DNA of 64,000 nucleotides from Vitrella brassicaformis CCMP3155 (GCA_001179505.1 CDMY01000170.1:62001-126000); one strand, 5' to 3'; shown: positions 1 to 12,932, numbered from the stretch's first letter. Made by a program: numbers and translations. Notes: generated by a model not told the origin, from the sequence alone.

Positions 1-1491
1 ATTGGTGGAGTAGCTCGTATGGCCCCCTTCCGAACAGCCAATCCGGCAAAGACGATAGACGGTCAGGCAGAGACTCGTGGGAAGGGGCGGCGGGGGAAGG
101 CGCTGGAGAGAACGAGATAGACATGGGCGGAGGGCTGGCTGGCCTTCTATGTGTCTGGTTGCATACCGGATTCCCTTTCGTCGGCCTCCATAGATGCGCC
201 TGAGCTGAGTGTTCTGAGGTACTGCTGGCTCTTGGGTAGGTAGAGGGGCATGTCCAGCCATGGGAGGGCATCCCTGCCCTGGGCCTTGAGCTCCTCTGGC
301 GACTTGACGTTGGCCGACGAGGCCATCAGCTCCTGTGTACTTGACTGCAAAAGCTCTACTGACGTGCCCTGGGGCAGCTGCAGAATCAGATGGCGGAAAA
401 AGAGAGAGGGGGGGAAACTTTTTCCCATATTCGTTTGTGCCTCGCACATACACTGACCACTGCGCACGCCCATGTGATGTGAGGCTCGGTAGTCGTCTTG
501 ATGACCACGGTAGTGCTGTTGGGGTGATTTGCCGCCCGCACCACCACATGATCGAAGGCCAGACGATTGTTGGCTCGATCGTTCGGGGATTTAAAACGGA
601 GAGCTACCTGCAGGGAGGGGACACAGTGGAGACATGTGATCAACCAGTTTCTTTCTTCTTTCGTCTCTCTCTGACCCATTGAAAGCCCAGAAATTCCATG
701 AGTGACAGGGTGTACTGAGGAGTTGCATGGATATCTCCCTTCTCGACAGCCGTGAAGACCTGCAGGCTTCGGTCCACCTCAAACCTCTCCTCAGAACCAC
801 CCCCACCAACACCACCGGCACCCTTGCCCTTCCTGCCGCCCTCGCCCCGGCGACCACCAGCACCAGCATTCGCACCAGCCAGCAGCCGATACGCAAACAC
901 CGTGTACTTCGTCTCCTTACTCTTGCCGTTCCTCATCTGCGCCGACCCCATTCGAGTGAAAAATGTCCCCAGGTTGCTGAGCATCGGCTGATGCGGCTGC
1001 TGCCGGTAGGCCGTGATGTCACCGGGCGAGGGAGCGGACCATCGACGGCCGGCCAGGGGCCTGGGAAGTGGCACAGATGAGTCTGGGTGGACCGCAGAGG
1101 GCTTGAGGACAATGTGACGGTCTGGCCGGTCGTCTGTCGAGGCGGGCAGCTGCCCGTATGGTGCATGCTCCGGCAGGGAGGGGAGAGGTGCGAAGCGGGG
1201 CACAAACCGAGGGGAGCCCTCATCCATGCTGGACCGGCTCGACTGGCGGCTTCTCATCCCACTCCCCTCGAGCTCAGCCTCTTCCCCAAGGCGGCTTCTG
1301 CTTCGACGCCTCTCTAGCGGCAGGCCGGCAAGGATGCGCGTGGCTGTGTCGATGGCGGAGGGGTCGCTGGCCCGGCGGTGGGCCAGTTGTGCCTGGAGCT
1401 GCTGTGTGTAGTCCGCATTGAGGGGTTTGTGGGCAGCGGCCTCCTCGAACAGATCCACGAAGTTGAACCGCTTCTTGGGGGAACGCGCCAT
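1..1491 (-). CDS. Hypothetical protein, multi-exon, continues beyond the left edge of the window
   Basis: ATG at 1491 opens a long first exon (MARSPKKRFNF...). GT-AG junctions give further open exons at about 608-464 (VALRFKSPNDRANNRLAFDHVVVRAAN...) and 379-170 (LPQGTSVELLQSSTQELM...). No family recognised. Confidence 0.65.
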
Positions 1492-1619
1492 GGTGAACGG
1501 ACGAAGGAAACGAAGTCACGGACGAAAGGTGATGATCACCAACTGAGAGAAAGCATGAGAAAGCCACTGAACGTCTCGAGGACGGAAGCCAGAGCCCCCA
1601 CGCCCCCCGTTTGCATGTG

Positions 1620-1627
1620 AGCTCGCA
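1620..1627 (+). promoter_or_regulatory. Candidate promoter motif AGCTCGCA
   Basis: Lies in a 151-nt head-to-head gap; the same 8-mer recurs upstream of other genes in the window. Confidence 0.45.
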
Positions 1628-1642
1628 GAAGCCCGTGTAAGA

Positions 1643-2693
1643 ATGAAGCTCAGCGCTGTTGTGACAGGTCTGTGGTGCTGGCCTGTGGCGGCTCTGGCAT
1701 TTGCGCCAGTTCCTGATGCCAGATCCAGAACAACTCTTCGCCGAGGCAACGGCGCATCGCGACTGCAAGAACGCCGAGAGGTCAGCACGACTGAAGCAAA
1801 CAGGCAGCGAAAGGATGTCATCACATCTATCACTGCTTTTCCATGTGGATGACACTGTGTGCAGGCACATGTGCTGGTGGAAGATGCGATGAGTTCATCA
1901 TCACGGCGTGTCCATATCGGCACGCTGCTCATCGCACCAGCAGTGCTGACCGCCGCATCGCTCCCTGCAGTAGCAGACAGGTCGGTGCCTTCATCTCTGA
2001 CCGAACCACAGGGGCTCTCTCTCATCTGTGTCGGTGGCGTCTGCAGCACTGGTCGCTACTCGAGCATTGCGACGGCCAAGAAGCGCTATCTGCCGCGGAT
2101 CAACCGGGGCATCAGCGAATTCGCCTCACTCAAAGGCGAAGTCAACGGCGGAGGGTAAGGTGGCCAGCAGATACACACGCCCTAGACGATGGCACTGCAT
2201 CCACTTGTTGTCTGTTCCCCTTTGTGTGTGTCAGTTTTGATGGCGTGAGCACGTTTCTGACCTCCCGGGCACCGGACATGGTGGCGGCTCTCGATCTGTA
2301 TGCCACTGGTGCCCTCAAAAAGGCAGGCTTGGCGCACTCGCAGACACTTTTTGCGGTGGGTCAATGGCATCCCTGCCCCTCCGTGTGTTTGTCAGGGTGA
2401 GTACCTGGACAAGAAGAGCCTGGGCGCCAAGGGTGCGGCCGACGAGTTCACCAAACACGTCGACGAGATGAGAAGCGCCGTCAAGGCCAAAGACAAAGAG
2501 GCACTCAAGGTGGGTAGGGGACCACAGGACGGCACTCGCCTTCCGTGTGTGTCGCATTTGATCGTTCTCACTTTGTACTGGGTGTGTCGATGTGTGTCAG
2601 ACTGCGTATTTGGCTGCTGAGGAGGACTTGACGAGCTATTTGTCCATCGGCGAGCTGCCACCGATCGGCGACGCGACCTATGCCAAGCTCTAA
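1643..2693 (+). CDS. PsbQ/Psb31-like thylakoid-lumen extrinsic photosystem II protein, nucleus-encoded with a tripartite leader
   Basis: Signal peptide ends ALA|FAP, followed by a Ser/Arg-rich transit peptide and a twin-arginine lumen signal (RRVHIGTLLIAPAVLTAASLPAVA). The mature helical region (ATAKKRYLPRI...ALDLYATGALKK...AVKAKDKEALKTAYLAAEEDLTSYL) resembles PsbQ/Psb31 four-helix bundles. About 6 exons; TAA at 2691-2693. Confidence 0.6.
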
Positions 2694-2770
2694 TGACCCC
2701 CTCAGTGCGATGCGTGCGCTCGATGGGTCGTGCGAGACGTGGCTTTCGATTTTTGTGCCGTTGTGAGAGA

Positions 2771-2940
2771 CCTCAGCTCATGTGTGCGGCGATTTTCCTC
2801 TATTCGCAACTATTCACGTTTGAGCAGAGAGGTGATGGACTCACACATGGATGCGTCAGAGAATCAGCCGGCCACATAGAGGTGTGCGTCCATATGCACA
2901 GATGGACGTCCAAATCCAGCTAATAGACATTCCCACACCA
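2771..2940. repeat. 170-bp duplicated block, copy 1 (left end of tandem duplication unit)
   Basis: Ungapped hand alignment to 5267-5436 shows 9 mismatches in 170 nt. Confidence 0.95.
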
Positions 2941-3235
2941 GTACTCGTGCCATCCCTCGAGCCAGCCACGCACCTCACCGCACCGCACCTGTCTGTCTGT
3001 TTGTCTGTCTGTCCGCACACTAGACGTCCCCGGATGAGTCCATCATGCAGCAGCAGATATGAGATGCACACACCACCAGACAGACACGCAGCCCGCCTTC
3101 ACGCCCGCCAGACAGTCAGCTCCTTCTGTGGCGTTCCTTGACGCCAGCCAGCCTGCAGGACACACCCCAACACCCACACAATGCACACATAGATCAGGTA
3201 CCCTCTGCATCATCTGGGTGGTTCCCACCCTGTAC

Positions 3236-5167
3236 CTAAGGCGCTTGGCCATCGAGCACGATGGCTGCGATGGGCCCGAGGACGCGACGCACCTTGGCGG
3301 CCGTCAGGGGGAATCGCTGGGCGAAGGGCGCGTTCTGAGGGACACCTGCTGCTGGCGCTTCGAAGGTGGTGATAAAGATGTGTACTGCACGCACACAAGA
3401 GAGGAGCGAATAATCAGACGACAGCATGAGAATGTGCGTACCGTCCTGATTGTTGTTGTCTGGTTGAATGCTGAAGAAAATCCATGCGATGAATGGGTCG
3501 TCCGACGTCGTCAACACGTGCGACTGCCCACACCGCCCATTAGCCGCCTCCCATGTCATCACGTCCGAGCATCCGTTGAGGGGCGTGTGCGGCGATTGGG
3601 TCATGATGCGGTCGAGGTGGCCGTCACGCACACTCCTGACACACACATCAATAACGCACCATATGGCCATTCGCCCTCGCCGTCCATCCACTCACCGGTC
3701 CACCACCACTGCTGGCGCCTAGGTGAAGCCGCCCACAGCCTCCATCCGGTTATACAGGAGCAGCCCCTTCAGCTGGGAACTCGCCGATGCGTAGACAGCC
3801 GCGTTTTTGGCGCCAACTGTCACCCACCCCACACCATCCTGCCACCCAATGCGGCTGCGGACGGGCGGGTCGTGTGGCTTGGCGTGGTGGGCGAAGGGGT
3901 GCTGCGAGAAGGGATGAACGGGGCGGTTGGGGAGGGGGAGGGGCGGGGTGAGAGTGATGACGAAGCCGGGCTCGTTGCGGAGGATGATCCGGATCTCGTT
4001 GTTGTGGTAGAACAGCTGTAGTCTGCCGTCTTGCTGGCCGTTGGGGCGACGGAGGGCCACACGGCGGCCGACGACCATCCACTGCGCACAGAAACGGGGC
4101 AGTGACAAGAAGTCCTGAATGAAGACCACACACACACATCCAGCAGCTCACCCATTGCCTCTTCTGTGTTTCGTGTTTACCGCCTTGGTGGCGTGTGTCT
4201 GCAGGTCTGCAGCACTCACAGTGACGGGCAGCTGGCAATAGCCGCACTGGTCACCGACTCTGAGTGTGTCGGCCACCTCCCCCCAGCCGCCCTCGCCCCC
4301 CTCCTCCACCAGCCACATGGCCTTCATCACATCGCCGTGGCTCAGCTGATCGTCGAACTGCACCACACCGCCCACCCCCGCACATTCGATGGCCTTCGGC
4401 AGCCGAATACGGCGGATGATGGGCCGCAGGGCATTTCTGATGGGGCGGGCTGTCGACTTGAAGCTGGTGAGGGTGGTGAGGTCAGACAGTTCGGTGATGT
4501 TGCTCATGGGGCCGGCGGGGATGTTACTCAGGTGCAACCGTCGCGGCTGATGACACACAGACAGAAGGACATGCACACACACGCCGTGCACACCACATCA
4601 GTGTGGGTCTTGTTTTTGTGCCTGCCTGTGGTCACTCTCTTGCTGACCTGTGTGCGGCCGTGTCTTGTGAGTGCGATGGTCGAGTTGATGGTGTCTGTCA
4701 ACTCGGCCAGCAGGTCGGACACAGCAGCAAGTTGACGACTCACCTTATCCACCATCTGACGAATGAATCAACACGACGAAAGCACCATGAAACAGAGGGC
4801 TTTGTGCTGTGTGGTGTGTTTGGCAGCCTGCCGCACCAGTGGTGTGATCGAAGCGGCGGTGTCCATCTGCAGAAGTTGGTCGATGCAGCTGTTGACCTGC
4901 ACACACACACACACACACACGCAAGCAGCCGATGAGCTTTGGATGCACTGCATGGAATGGACGAGTTGGTATGTGTGTTGGTCAGCTGATACCTGAGCCT
5001 GCTTCAGCCGATAGCCTTCTACCTGAGGCAGCAGCTGCCCCCCTATCGCTGCGCCCATCTGCACCAAACCGAATGACAAACCACACAGACAGCACAAGTG
5101 ATTCACGTCAATGATGTAGGGATTTGCCTGGCCTGCAGCTCCCTCTTCTCACCTGGGTGGCAGCCAT
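3236..5167 (-). pseudogene. Lineage-expanded F-box-like family protein, copy A, with premature in-frame TAG
   Basis: 8 exons spliced in frame from ATG 5167 (MAATQ|MGAAIG...) to TAG 3236. An in-frame TAG at 3721-3719 aligns with GAC (Asp) in copy B, and the downstream exons remain open. Confidence 0.7.
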
Positions 5168-5266
5168 CGTGCGACCAAGCAGCAAAAGCTATGAATCGGA
5201 GTGCTCTTCTGTGGCTTCAACGGGCTCTGCACGCCTCTGTCGTCGCTCTTCTACATCCTCTTCGCT

Positions 5267-5436
5267 CCTCAGCTCGTGTGTGTGGCGATTTTCCTCTATT
5301 CGCAACTATTTACGTTCGAGCAGAGAGGTGATGGACTCACACATGGATGCGTCAGAGAAGCAGCCGGCCACATAGAGGTGTGCGTCCATATGCACAGATG
5401 GACGTTCAAATCCAGCCAACAGACATTCACACACCA
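5267..5436. repeat. 170-bp duplicated block, copy 2
   Basis: Matches 2771-2940 with 9 mismatches. Confidence 0.95.
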
Positions 5437-5783
5437 CCAGCACCACCCCAGCCAGCAGTAGCTAGTCCCTCGTGCATCAGTGAGGCGCTCACCTCCGTGT
5501 GTCCTTGGTGGTGTGTCTCGTGTGGGGTGTGTGTGGGGTGTGTGGCGAGGTGCAAAACATAGAGCGGGCGACGACACACCTTGCATGTCAAATAAGAAGT
5601 CTCGAAGTTTCGTCCACCACGCGCACTCATTTGCACGCGCTACAGCCACCTCATACGGCCCTCCTTCAACACGCGTAGCCTGCCAGCGCGCCTGCACACG
5701 ATCCATCTACACATATAAAGACACATGACTATAGACGCGCATCGTCATGCCATCATGATCTGTGTGGCTCTCACCTTCATGGT

Positions 5784-7770
5784 CTAAGGCGCCTGGCCGT
5801 CGAGCACGATGGCGGCGATGGGGCCGAGGACGCGACGCACCTTGGCGGCCGTCCGAGGGAATCGCTGGGCGAAGGGGGCATCATGGGGGACACCTGCTGC
5901 TGGCGCCTCGGTGGTGGCGATAAAGAGGTGTACTGCACGCACACAAGAGAGGAGCGCATAATCAGGCGACAGCATGAGGATGTGCTGTGAATGTGTATGC
6001 GTACCGTCCTGGCTGTTGCCTGGGAAGATGCCAAAGCTAATCCATGCGATGAACGGATCGGCGGCCGTTGTCAGCACGTGCAGCTGCACACACAGCCCAT
6101 TAGCCGCCTCCCATGTCAGCATGTCCGAGCATCCGTTGACGGGTGTGTGTGGCGATCGAGTCATGATGCGGTCGAGATGGCCTCCACGTACACGACTGAC
6201 ACACACACCACATGGCCATTAACCCTCTCATTGTGTGCCGTCCATCCACTCACCGGTCAACCACCACCATTGGCGAGTCGGTGAAGGGGCCAGCAGCCTC
6301 AATCCGATGACACTGGAGCAGCTCCTTCAGCAGGCAGCTCGCCGATGCGAAGACGGCGCCACCGTTGACACCGACCGTCGCCCAGCCCACACCATTCTGC
6401 CACGTAATGCGGCTGTGGACAGGCGGGTCGTGGGGCTTGGTGTGCTGCTGGAAGGGGTGGCGCGAGAAGGGATGGACGGGGCGGTCGGGCCGGGGGAGGG
6501 GCGGGTTGATGGTGATGGCAAAGTTGGGCTCGTTGCGGATGGCGCGAATCTCATGGTTATGGCGGAACAGCTGGAGTGTGCCGTCATGCTGGCCGTTGGG
6601 GCGGCGGAGGGCCACACGGCGGCCGACGAGCATGCAATGGGCACAGAAACGGGGCAGCGACAAGAAGTCCTGAATGAAGACCACACACACACACACTTCC
6701 AGCAGCTCACCCATTGCCTCTTCTGTGTGTGGTGCTTACCGCCTTGGTGGGGTGTGTCTGCAGATCTCCGGCGCCCACAGTGACCGGCAGCTGGCAGCAG
6801 CCGCACCGCTCGGCGAATCTGAGTGTGTCGGCCACCTCCTTCCAGCCGCCCTCGCCCCCTCCTCCACCACCCACATGGCCTTCATCACATCGCCGTGGCT
6901 CAGCTGATCGTCGAACTGCACCACACCGCCCACCCCCGCCACCTCGATGGCCTTCGGCAGCCGAATATTGCGGACGATGGGCCGCAGGGCGTTTCTGATG
7001 GGTCGGGCTGTTGACTTGAGGTGGGCGATAGTGGTGAGGGCAGACAGTGACAGGATGACGCTCATGGGGTTGGCGGGAATGTCAGAGATGTGCAACCGTT
7101 GGGCGTGATGACACACAGACAGAAGGACATGCATACAACACACACATAAGAGGTGCACACCACATCAGTGTGGGGCTTGTGTTTGTGTCAGCCTGTGGTC
7201 ACTCCCCCACTCACCTGTGTGCAGCGATGTCTTGTGAGTGCGATGGTCGAGTTGATGGTCTCTGCCAACTCGGCCAGCAGCTCGGACACAGCAGCAAATT
7301 GACGACTCACCTTATCCACCATCTGACGAATGACGTGAAGCAGACGAGAGCACCATGACACAGAGGCCTTTGTGTTGTTGTGTGCGGTTGTCATTGTGTG
7401 CCAGTCTGGCCGCACCAGTGGTGCGATCGCAGCGGCGTCCATTTGAGTGAGTCGGCCGATGCCATTGTTGACCTGCACACCGCAGCACACACAAACAACA
7501 CAAAGCAACCGATGAGCGACGGATGCACTGAATGAGTGACTGAGTGAGTGTGTCGGTCAGATACCCTCGTCTGATTGGTCTGATAGGTCTGAATCTGTTT
7601 GAGCAGCTGATCCCTCGTTGCCATTTCACTCATCTGCACCAGACCGAATGACAACACAATCACAGGCAGACAGACAGCACACACGATGACTCATGATATG
7701 ATTCTATCATTCACGTGCTGCTTGGCCTGGAGGCTGCTCGTTCTCTCACCTGAGTGGCATTGCCATCCAT
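5784..7770 (-). pseudogene. Lineage-expanded F-box-like family protein, copy B, with 1-nt frameshift
   Basis: Same exon structure as copy A, from ATG 7770 (MDGNATQ|MSEMAT...). The C run at 6855-6859 has 5 C against 6 in copy A (4296-4301), shifting EEGGEGGWxEVADTLR to EEGARAAGRRW. Confidence 0.7.
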
Positions 7771-7868
7771 CGTCGTGCAGAAGCTATGGATGAGACTGAT
7801 TCCTCGGGGCCTCACGGAGCAATACACGCCTCACGCATCTGTCGGGATCCCCTTTTCCCCTTTCTGAT

Positions 7869-7891
7869 TGCGAGCTCAAATTTTGCGAGCT
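7869..7891 (-). promoter_or_regulatory. Candidate promoter motif TGCGAGCT x2
   Basis: Two copies between divergent ATGs 7770 and 8143. Confidence 0.5.
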
Positions 7892-8142
7892 TGTGGAAGC
7901 AGGAAACTGTAGCGATGCCGTGAGTTTCCTGCTGAAGACGAAGCCTAGATCAGCAGCAAAAGCCGACTCTCAAGCTGTTTCAGCAGCTGACCAACACACT
8001 TCCTTCAGCAGGTACGAAAGAAAAGCAGGCGACACACACGAGCAGCAGCAGCTACATCAGCAGATCAGGCAGACCGCAAAGATCACGTTGCCTCTGCTTG
8101 TCAGGTGTGCTGACCGTCCGTCCATAGGGCGCTGTGTGCGTC

Positions 8143-11100
8143 ATGAGTTGGAGCCGCAAGCCGCCCTCCCCCTCCGTCGAGCCGTCCCTGCCGCCCCTGC
8201 CGACCGGCGTCCATCGGCCACAGGCGGGGAGGAGCAAACAAGAGAAGTCTCGCAGGGGGTCCCAGTCGAATGTCAACATAGCCCCGCCACCCTTCCAGAT
8301 GTGTGTCCAGGTGCCGCAGCTGGAGCCATCGGCCGCCAGTGAGGACTGGAGCTTCAACCCCAGGCTGGTTCCGGCCAGCAATGTGTCGGTGTCCAGCGGT
8401 GACAGCGGGCAGGATGGCGGCAGCACCTCGGGTGGTCAGAGTGGTGTGGGGCGGGGCAGCAGAGGCAGGCACGGCAAGGGCAAGAGGGAGATGGACCACC
8501 CAGCTGAGGACTACGACGCGCCACTCTACCCGCTGCCCATCATGCCTATCGCCCCGCCTCTTCCCCCCACCGTCAGACGTGATCAACTGCCTGACGAGAC
8601 CCCTCCCCACACCGACACACCACTCGCCAGCCCTCTCAACGACACCCAGACTGCCGAGCAGACACGCACTCTCTGGAGAGGCGGGGAGAGCTTCTCTGGC
8701 CGATCGTCGCTCGAGTCCGGGTCCAGACGGGCCATGACGTCCGAGTCGATCCTGGTGGAGAGCAGACGGGCGTCGGTGGAGCTGCCGGGCGCCAGCGGGG
8801 AGGCCGCACCCCTGACGCCCATTGTGGTCGGTGGTCTGCCGAATGAGATGCTGACTCGCATCGTGTGCGAGTACCTGGACGTGTGTGGCGTCGGGCGGAT
8901 GGGCGGTGTGTGTTGGAACATGCGGCGGCTGATGTACGCCCAGCGGTGGGTCAAGAAGTGTGTCTTGAAGGGCGGCGTCCTGCCCTCACAGAGAAAGAGG
9001 TAGGTGCAGTACACACGAGACAGACAGACAGACAGACCTTTCCCATATTCTTTTGCTTCTGTGCATCCCTGATGAATGGAATGTCTGCCTGCCTGTGTGT
9101 GTGTGCGCTGTGTGTCAGGTTCTGGTTGCTGTATTGTGCGGACGTGCCATCGCTACAGCGGCAGGTCGCCAAAGAGCTGCACATGACCGACATGCTCGGC
9201 TCACCTTCCAACACCAGTACCCATCCCGCCCGCCCCACTCTCTCCAAGGGCCCTTCTCTGTTTGGCCTCGGGTCGCTCGTCATGAACGGCGGCAGCAGCA
9301 CGTCGCCCTCACGCGGCAGAGGGGGCGACGGGGGGTCGCTGGGAGACCATTTGTATGAGTATTTGGCGGGCGTGCCGCTGGACGATAGTCGCTCGGACGA
9401 GATACGCAGAGATGTCTCCAGGACATTCCCGACGCACCCTAGGTCACACACGCATACACACAAAGAGGCAGGCACACAAATGGAAGTTTGTATGCATGTG
9501 GTCGCGTATGTGTTTCAGGTTTCGTAGTCGCGACAGCGAGGGTCAGTTGTGGCTGTATTCTGTGCTGCACGCGTTGGTGGCCCTCGACCCAACTGTGGGC
9601 TACTGCCAGGGAATGAACTTTCTTGTCGCCGGTACACCACCACACACCCCACACACACCGCACACGCCGCACACAGCAACCACAGGAACGATTCCCATCC
9701 TCCCGTCTGACCGTCCCTGTGTGTGTGGTGTGTGCATCAGGGCTGCTAATTCACTTGGAGTGTCCCGTATCTGCGTTTTGGATGGCGCTGGCGGTGCTGC
9801 GCCACTTCGACTTTGCCCTCATCTTCTCGCCAGGCGTGCCCCTCCTCTCATGCAGGCTCTACCAGTTCTCAAACATCGTCAGGTGCGCACACACACACAC
9901 ACAGACAGACAGACGGACCGGGTTGCGGGATGATTGGTGTCTTTGCTTGTGTGCTGTTCAGGAATCACCTGCCCGATCTGTGGCACCACCTGCACCGCAA
10001 TTCGCTCAATGTCGACTTCTTCGCTCACCAGGTGCGCACACACGTCCCCTCGCACACAGACACGCATGCTGGCACGGTGTCGTCATTGTGTGTTTGGCCC
10101 GTTTCATCGTTGGTTCAGTGGTTCATGACGATATTTGCTTACTACCTTGAGCCGAGCATATTGGGTCTGGTGTGGGATCTGTTCTTCGTGGCGGGGTGGA
10201 AGATGCTCTTTAAAGTGGGCGTCACGCTGCTCGCCTCGCTGCGCCCGACACTCCTGGCACTTGATGTGGAGGGCATGCTCAGAATCGTGCAGGTATGTGT
10301 TTGTGTATCGTAACACGGGAATGTGTGTATGGGTGTGTCTGTGTGTGTGTGTGTTGGCTTTTGTATGTGTAGAGCTCGAAGCGTGCGGTGGAGATGGAGG
10401 AGGGAGGGGCTTATCGCCAGTTCCTGGCCAGCGTGGCCAGCTACAAGGTCACCAACGCGCAGCTGCGACACTACTGCAGGGAATACCAAATCGTCAAATT
10501 CCTGGTCAGTCTCACACACACTCAGCCCCCCCTCCCCCCAAGACGTCCATCCATCCATCCATCCATCCATTCTGCGTGTTTTCCCCCTTCGTCCACAGAG
10601 TGTGATCCAGTCGGTCCCCCTGCCCACCAACTCATCCCGCACCGAGAACGACAATTTTCCCGCCCCCAACTCCAAGGAGTCCTCCCAAGTGGACCCCACC
10701 ACACTCATGGAGGACCTCACACGCACCTGGACGGCCGGCAGCGGACCCCACGGCGGCGGGGAGCCCCTCCGCGGCGTGGTCGTCAGGGCCCACCAGATCA
10801 TGTTCGTCGACATGCGCACCACCGTCACCAGAGACGTCCCGCTGCAGGGGGTCAGCTACTCGAGGCGACTGCAGATCCGCCGCGCACTGATTGCGGGCAG
10901 AACGGGCGGCAAGAGCGGCGGTCTGGTGAGGCGGGGGAGCGCGCCCGTCCCCCTGTATTACGATGCCTGCACGTCGCCGACGAGCCACGGGGGGGCGGCA
11001 GTGGAGTTGCGTCGCGACTCGCTGATAGCGTTTGTGCCGCCGCCCATGCAATGGCAGGAGGAGAATGGCGATGTGAGCGCCCCCAGCGGCCTGTTTCTGG

Positions 11101-12932
11101 TGACGCTGGTGGGCGGGAGTGAGATGGGCCGGTACAAGGTGCTGCAGATGGAGGGCATGATCAAACTCAAGCTCATGATACACCGAATGGAGAGACAGGT
11201 ACGCATCAAGCCAGAGAGGGGAGGTTCGTTCTCGGGTGTGCTGATGTGTGTGCATTTATGTTTTGCAGACGGCTCAGGACACCAAGTCGCTGATGGACAA
11301 AATCGCACACTCAGAGAAACAATTCACTGCTGTGCAGAGGTACACGCAGACGCATGAGAGAGCAGCCATTACACACTGTGCAATGGTGGGCCGATCGTAT
11401 GGTGTGTATCCGTGTGTGTGTTGCTCAGGGATTACGAGCGGTGCAAGCAGCGTGCCAAAGACATCGAGACGGCGTGGCTGGAGGCAAAGGAACAGAAACA
11501 GACACTCGTAAGCGCCACCACTATTCGCGATAAGCTTCTCCTGTCCATTTCCCCACCTGTCCGCCTCTCTGTGTGTTCACACACAGTCGGCCACACTGAG
11601 GACCCTGGTTCATTCGAGCTCCTCCATCCCTCCCTCACACGCAGCGGCTATTCCCGTCACCCCACCGGCCACAGGCCGCTCAGGGCCCCCAGTGGATTTC
11701 CCCTTCCGGCCGCCTCTCTCGCCACTCACACCGCCATCATCTCTATCGCGCCAACAGGCCAACTTCTCGGCGCCCCCAACGCCCATGAACGACAACAAAC
11801 TACAAGATGACGGCGATTCGGCTGACGGCATTAGTGGTGGCCCGCTGCAGCGTGCCATAGGCGGCCGGCCGCCCAAGAGTCCTGAGAAGCTGCTGGCGGC
11901 ACGGCTGCCATCGCCCCCGCCCTTCCAGACGCTCCCAATGCCGGCGTTCGACCAGCACACGACGCATGACCACGACGGCAATGGCGAGTCCACCGTGCCC
12001 CACGCATCATCAGCCATCTCGCTGCCTGTGGCCCGCCAGAACAGGGCGATCAGCCCCGACCACTCGTCTGCCGGTGAGGACCATCTGTCGTCCCCTGGAG
12101 GGACGGCAGCCCACCACGACGCTCCCTCGCCGTCTGTCAGTGTGACGGGCCGGCTGTCACTGGCGGAGCTGGCGAGGACGGGGGTGAGCCACATCTCGAG
12201 GTCGCTGTCGAGCAATCTCTTCAAGCCGGGCGGCATGTGGGATGTCAGCAGCCCGTCGGCGGCCGGGGGGGCCCGCGGGACCAGAGGCAGCAGTGGTGGG
12301 CAGAGGAAGGGCGACCAGGGCATGATCATGCAGTGCCTTCAAAAGGTAACAACGGACATCCGTTGCGTGTACACGTTGACACACACGTGTGTGTGTGTGT
12401 GTGTGTGTGCAGGTGATTCAGGCTGAGAGGGCGTTCGATAGCGTCAACATGGAGAAGAAGGAGTCCCTTCGGCAGCTGCACGACACAGAGGAGACGCTCA
12501 GCGAACTCAAAGAAGTCAAAGAGAGGTAGGTCTGGCCCTCTGTCGATTGCACACGATGGATGGATGGATGAGTGCCACTCAGACAGACTGTTCATTCTAC
12601 GTATTGGTGTGATGTGTGCAGATACATGCAGGCCATGTATGACCTCGTGTGCGCGCAGGTATGTGTGCATGCCACTCAACCACAATCACCCGCACACGGT
12701 GGATCAGATCTGTGTCGCCGTGTGTGTGTGCGTGTGTGTGCAGGAGCAGCAGAAGCGTGACCTGGTGTGGGCGTACATCCAGTCAGGCCAGTGGACACAC
12801 GCCATCCCACCTACATACCTGGCCGACCTCAACATCGCCCACCACCTCGCCATCAGTGCCACACCGAACAAGGGAGGCCGGAGGGGCTCTCACAAGCTGC
12901 CGCCCCTCGCACCACAATTAGCCAATACATGA
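8143..12932 (+). CDS. Rab-GAP TBC-domain protein with an N-terminal F-box-like motif and C-terminal coiled coils
   Basis: TBC motifs: IRRDVSRTFP, YCQGMNFLVA, WFMTIFAY, VWDLFFVAGWKMLFKVG. F-box-like LPNEMLTRIVCEYLDVCGVGRMGGVCWNMRRL at about 8837-8932. Last exon ends PQLANT* at 12932. Confidence 0.88.

Noticed and set aside
7893-8142. N-terminal extension of the TBC gene (MEAGNCSDAV...)
   Set aside because: It starts at GTG, and I found no in-frame splice path to ATG 8143; more likely 5'UTR with introns.
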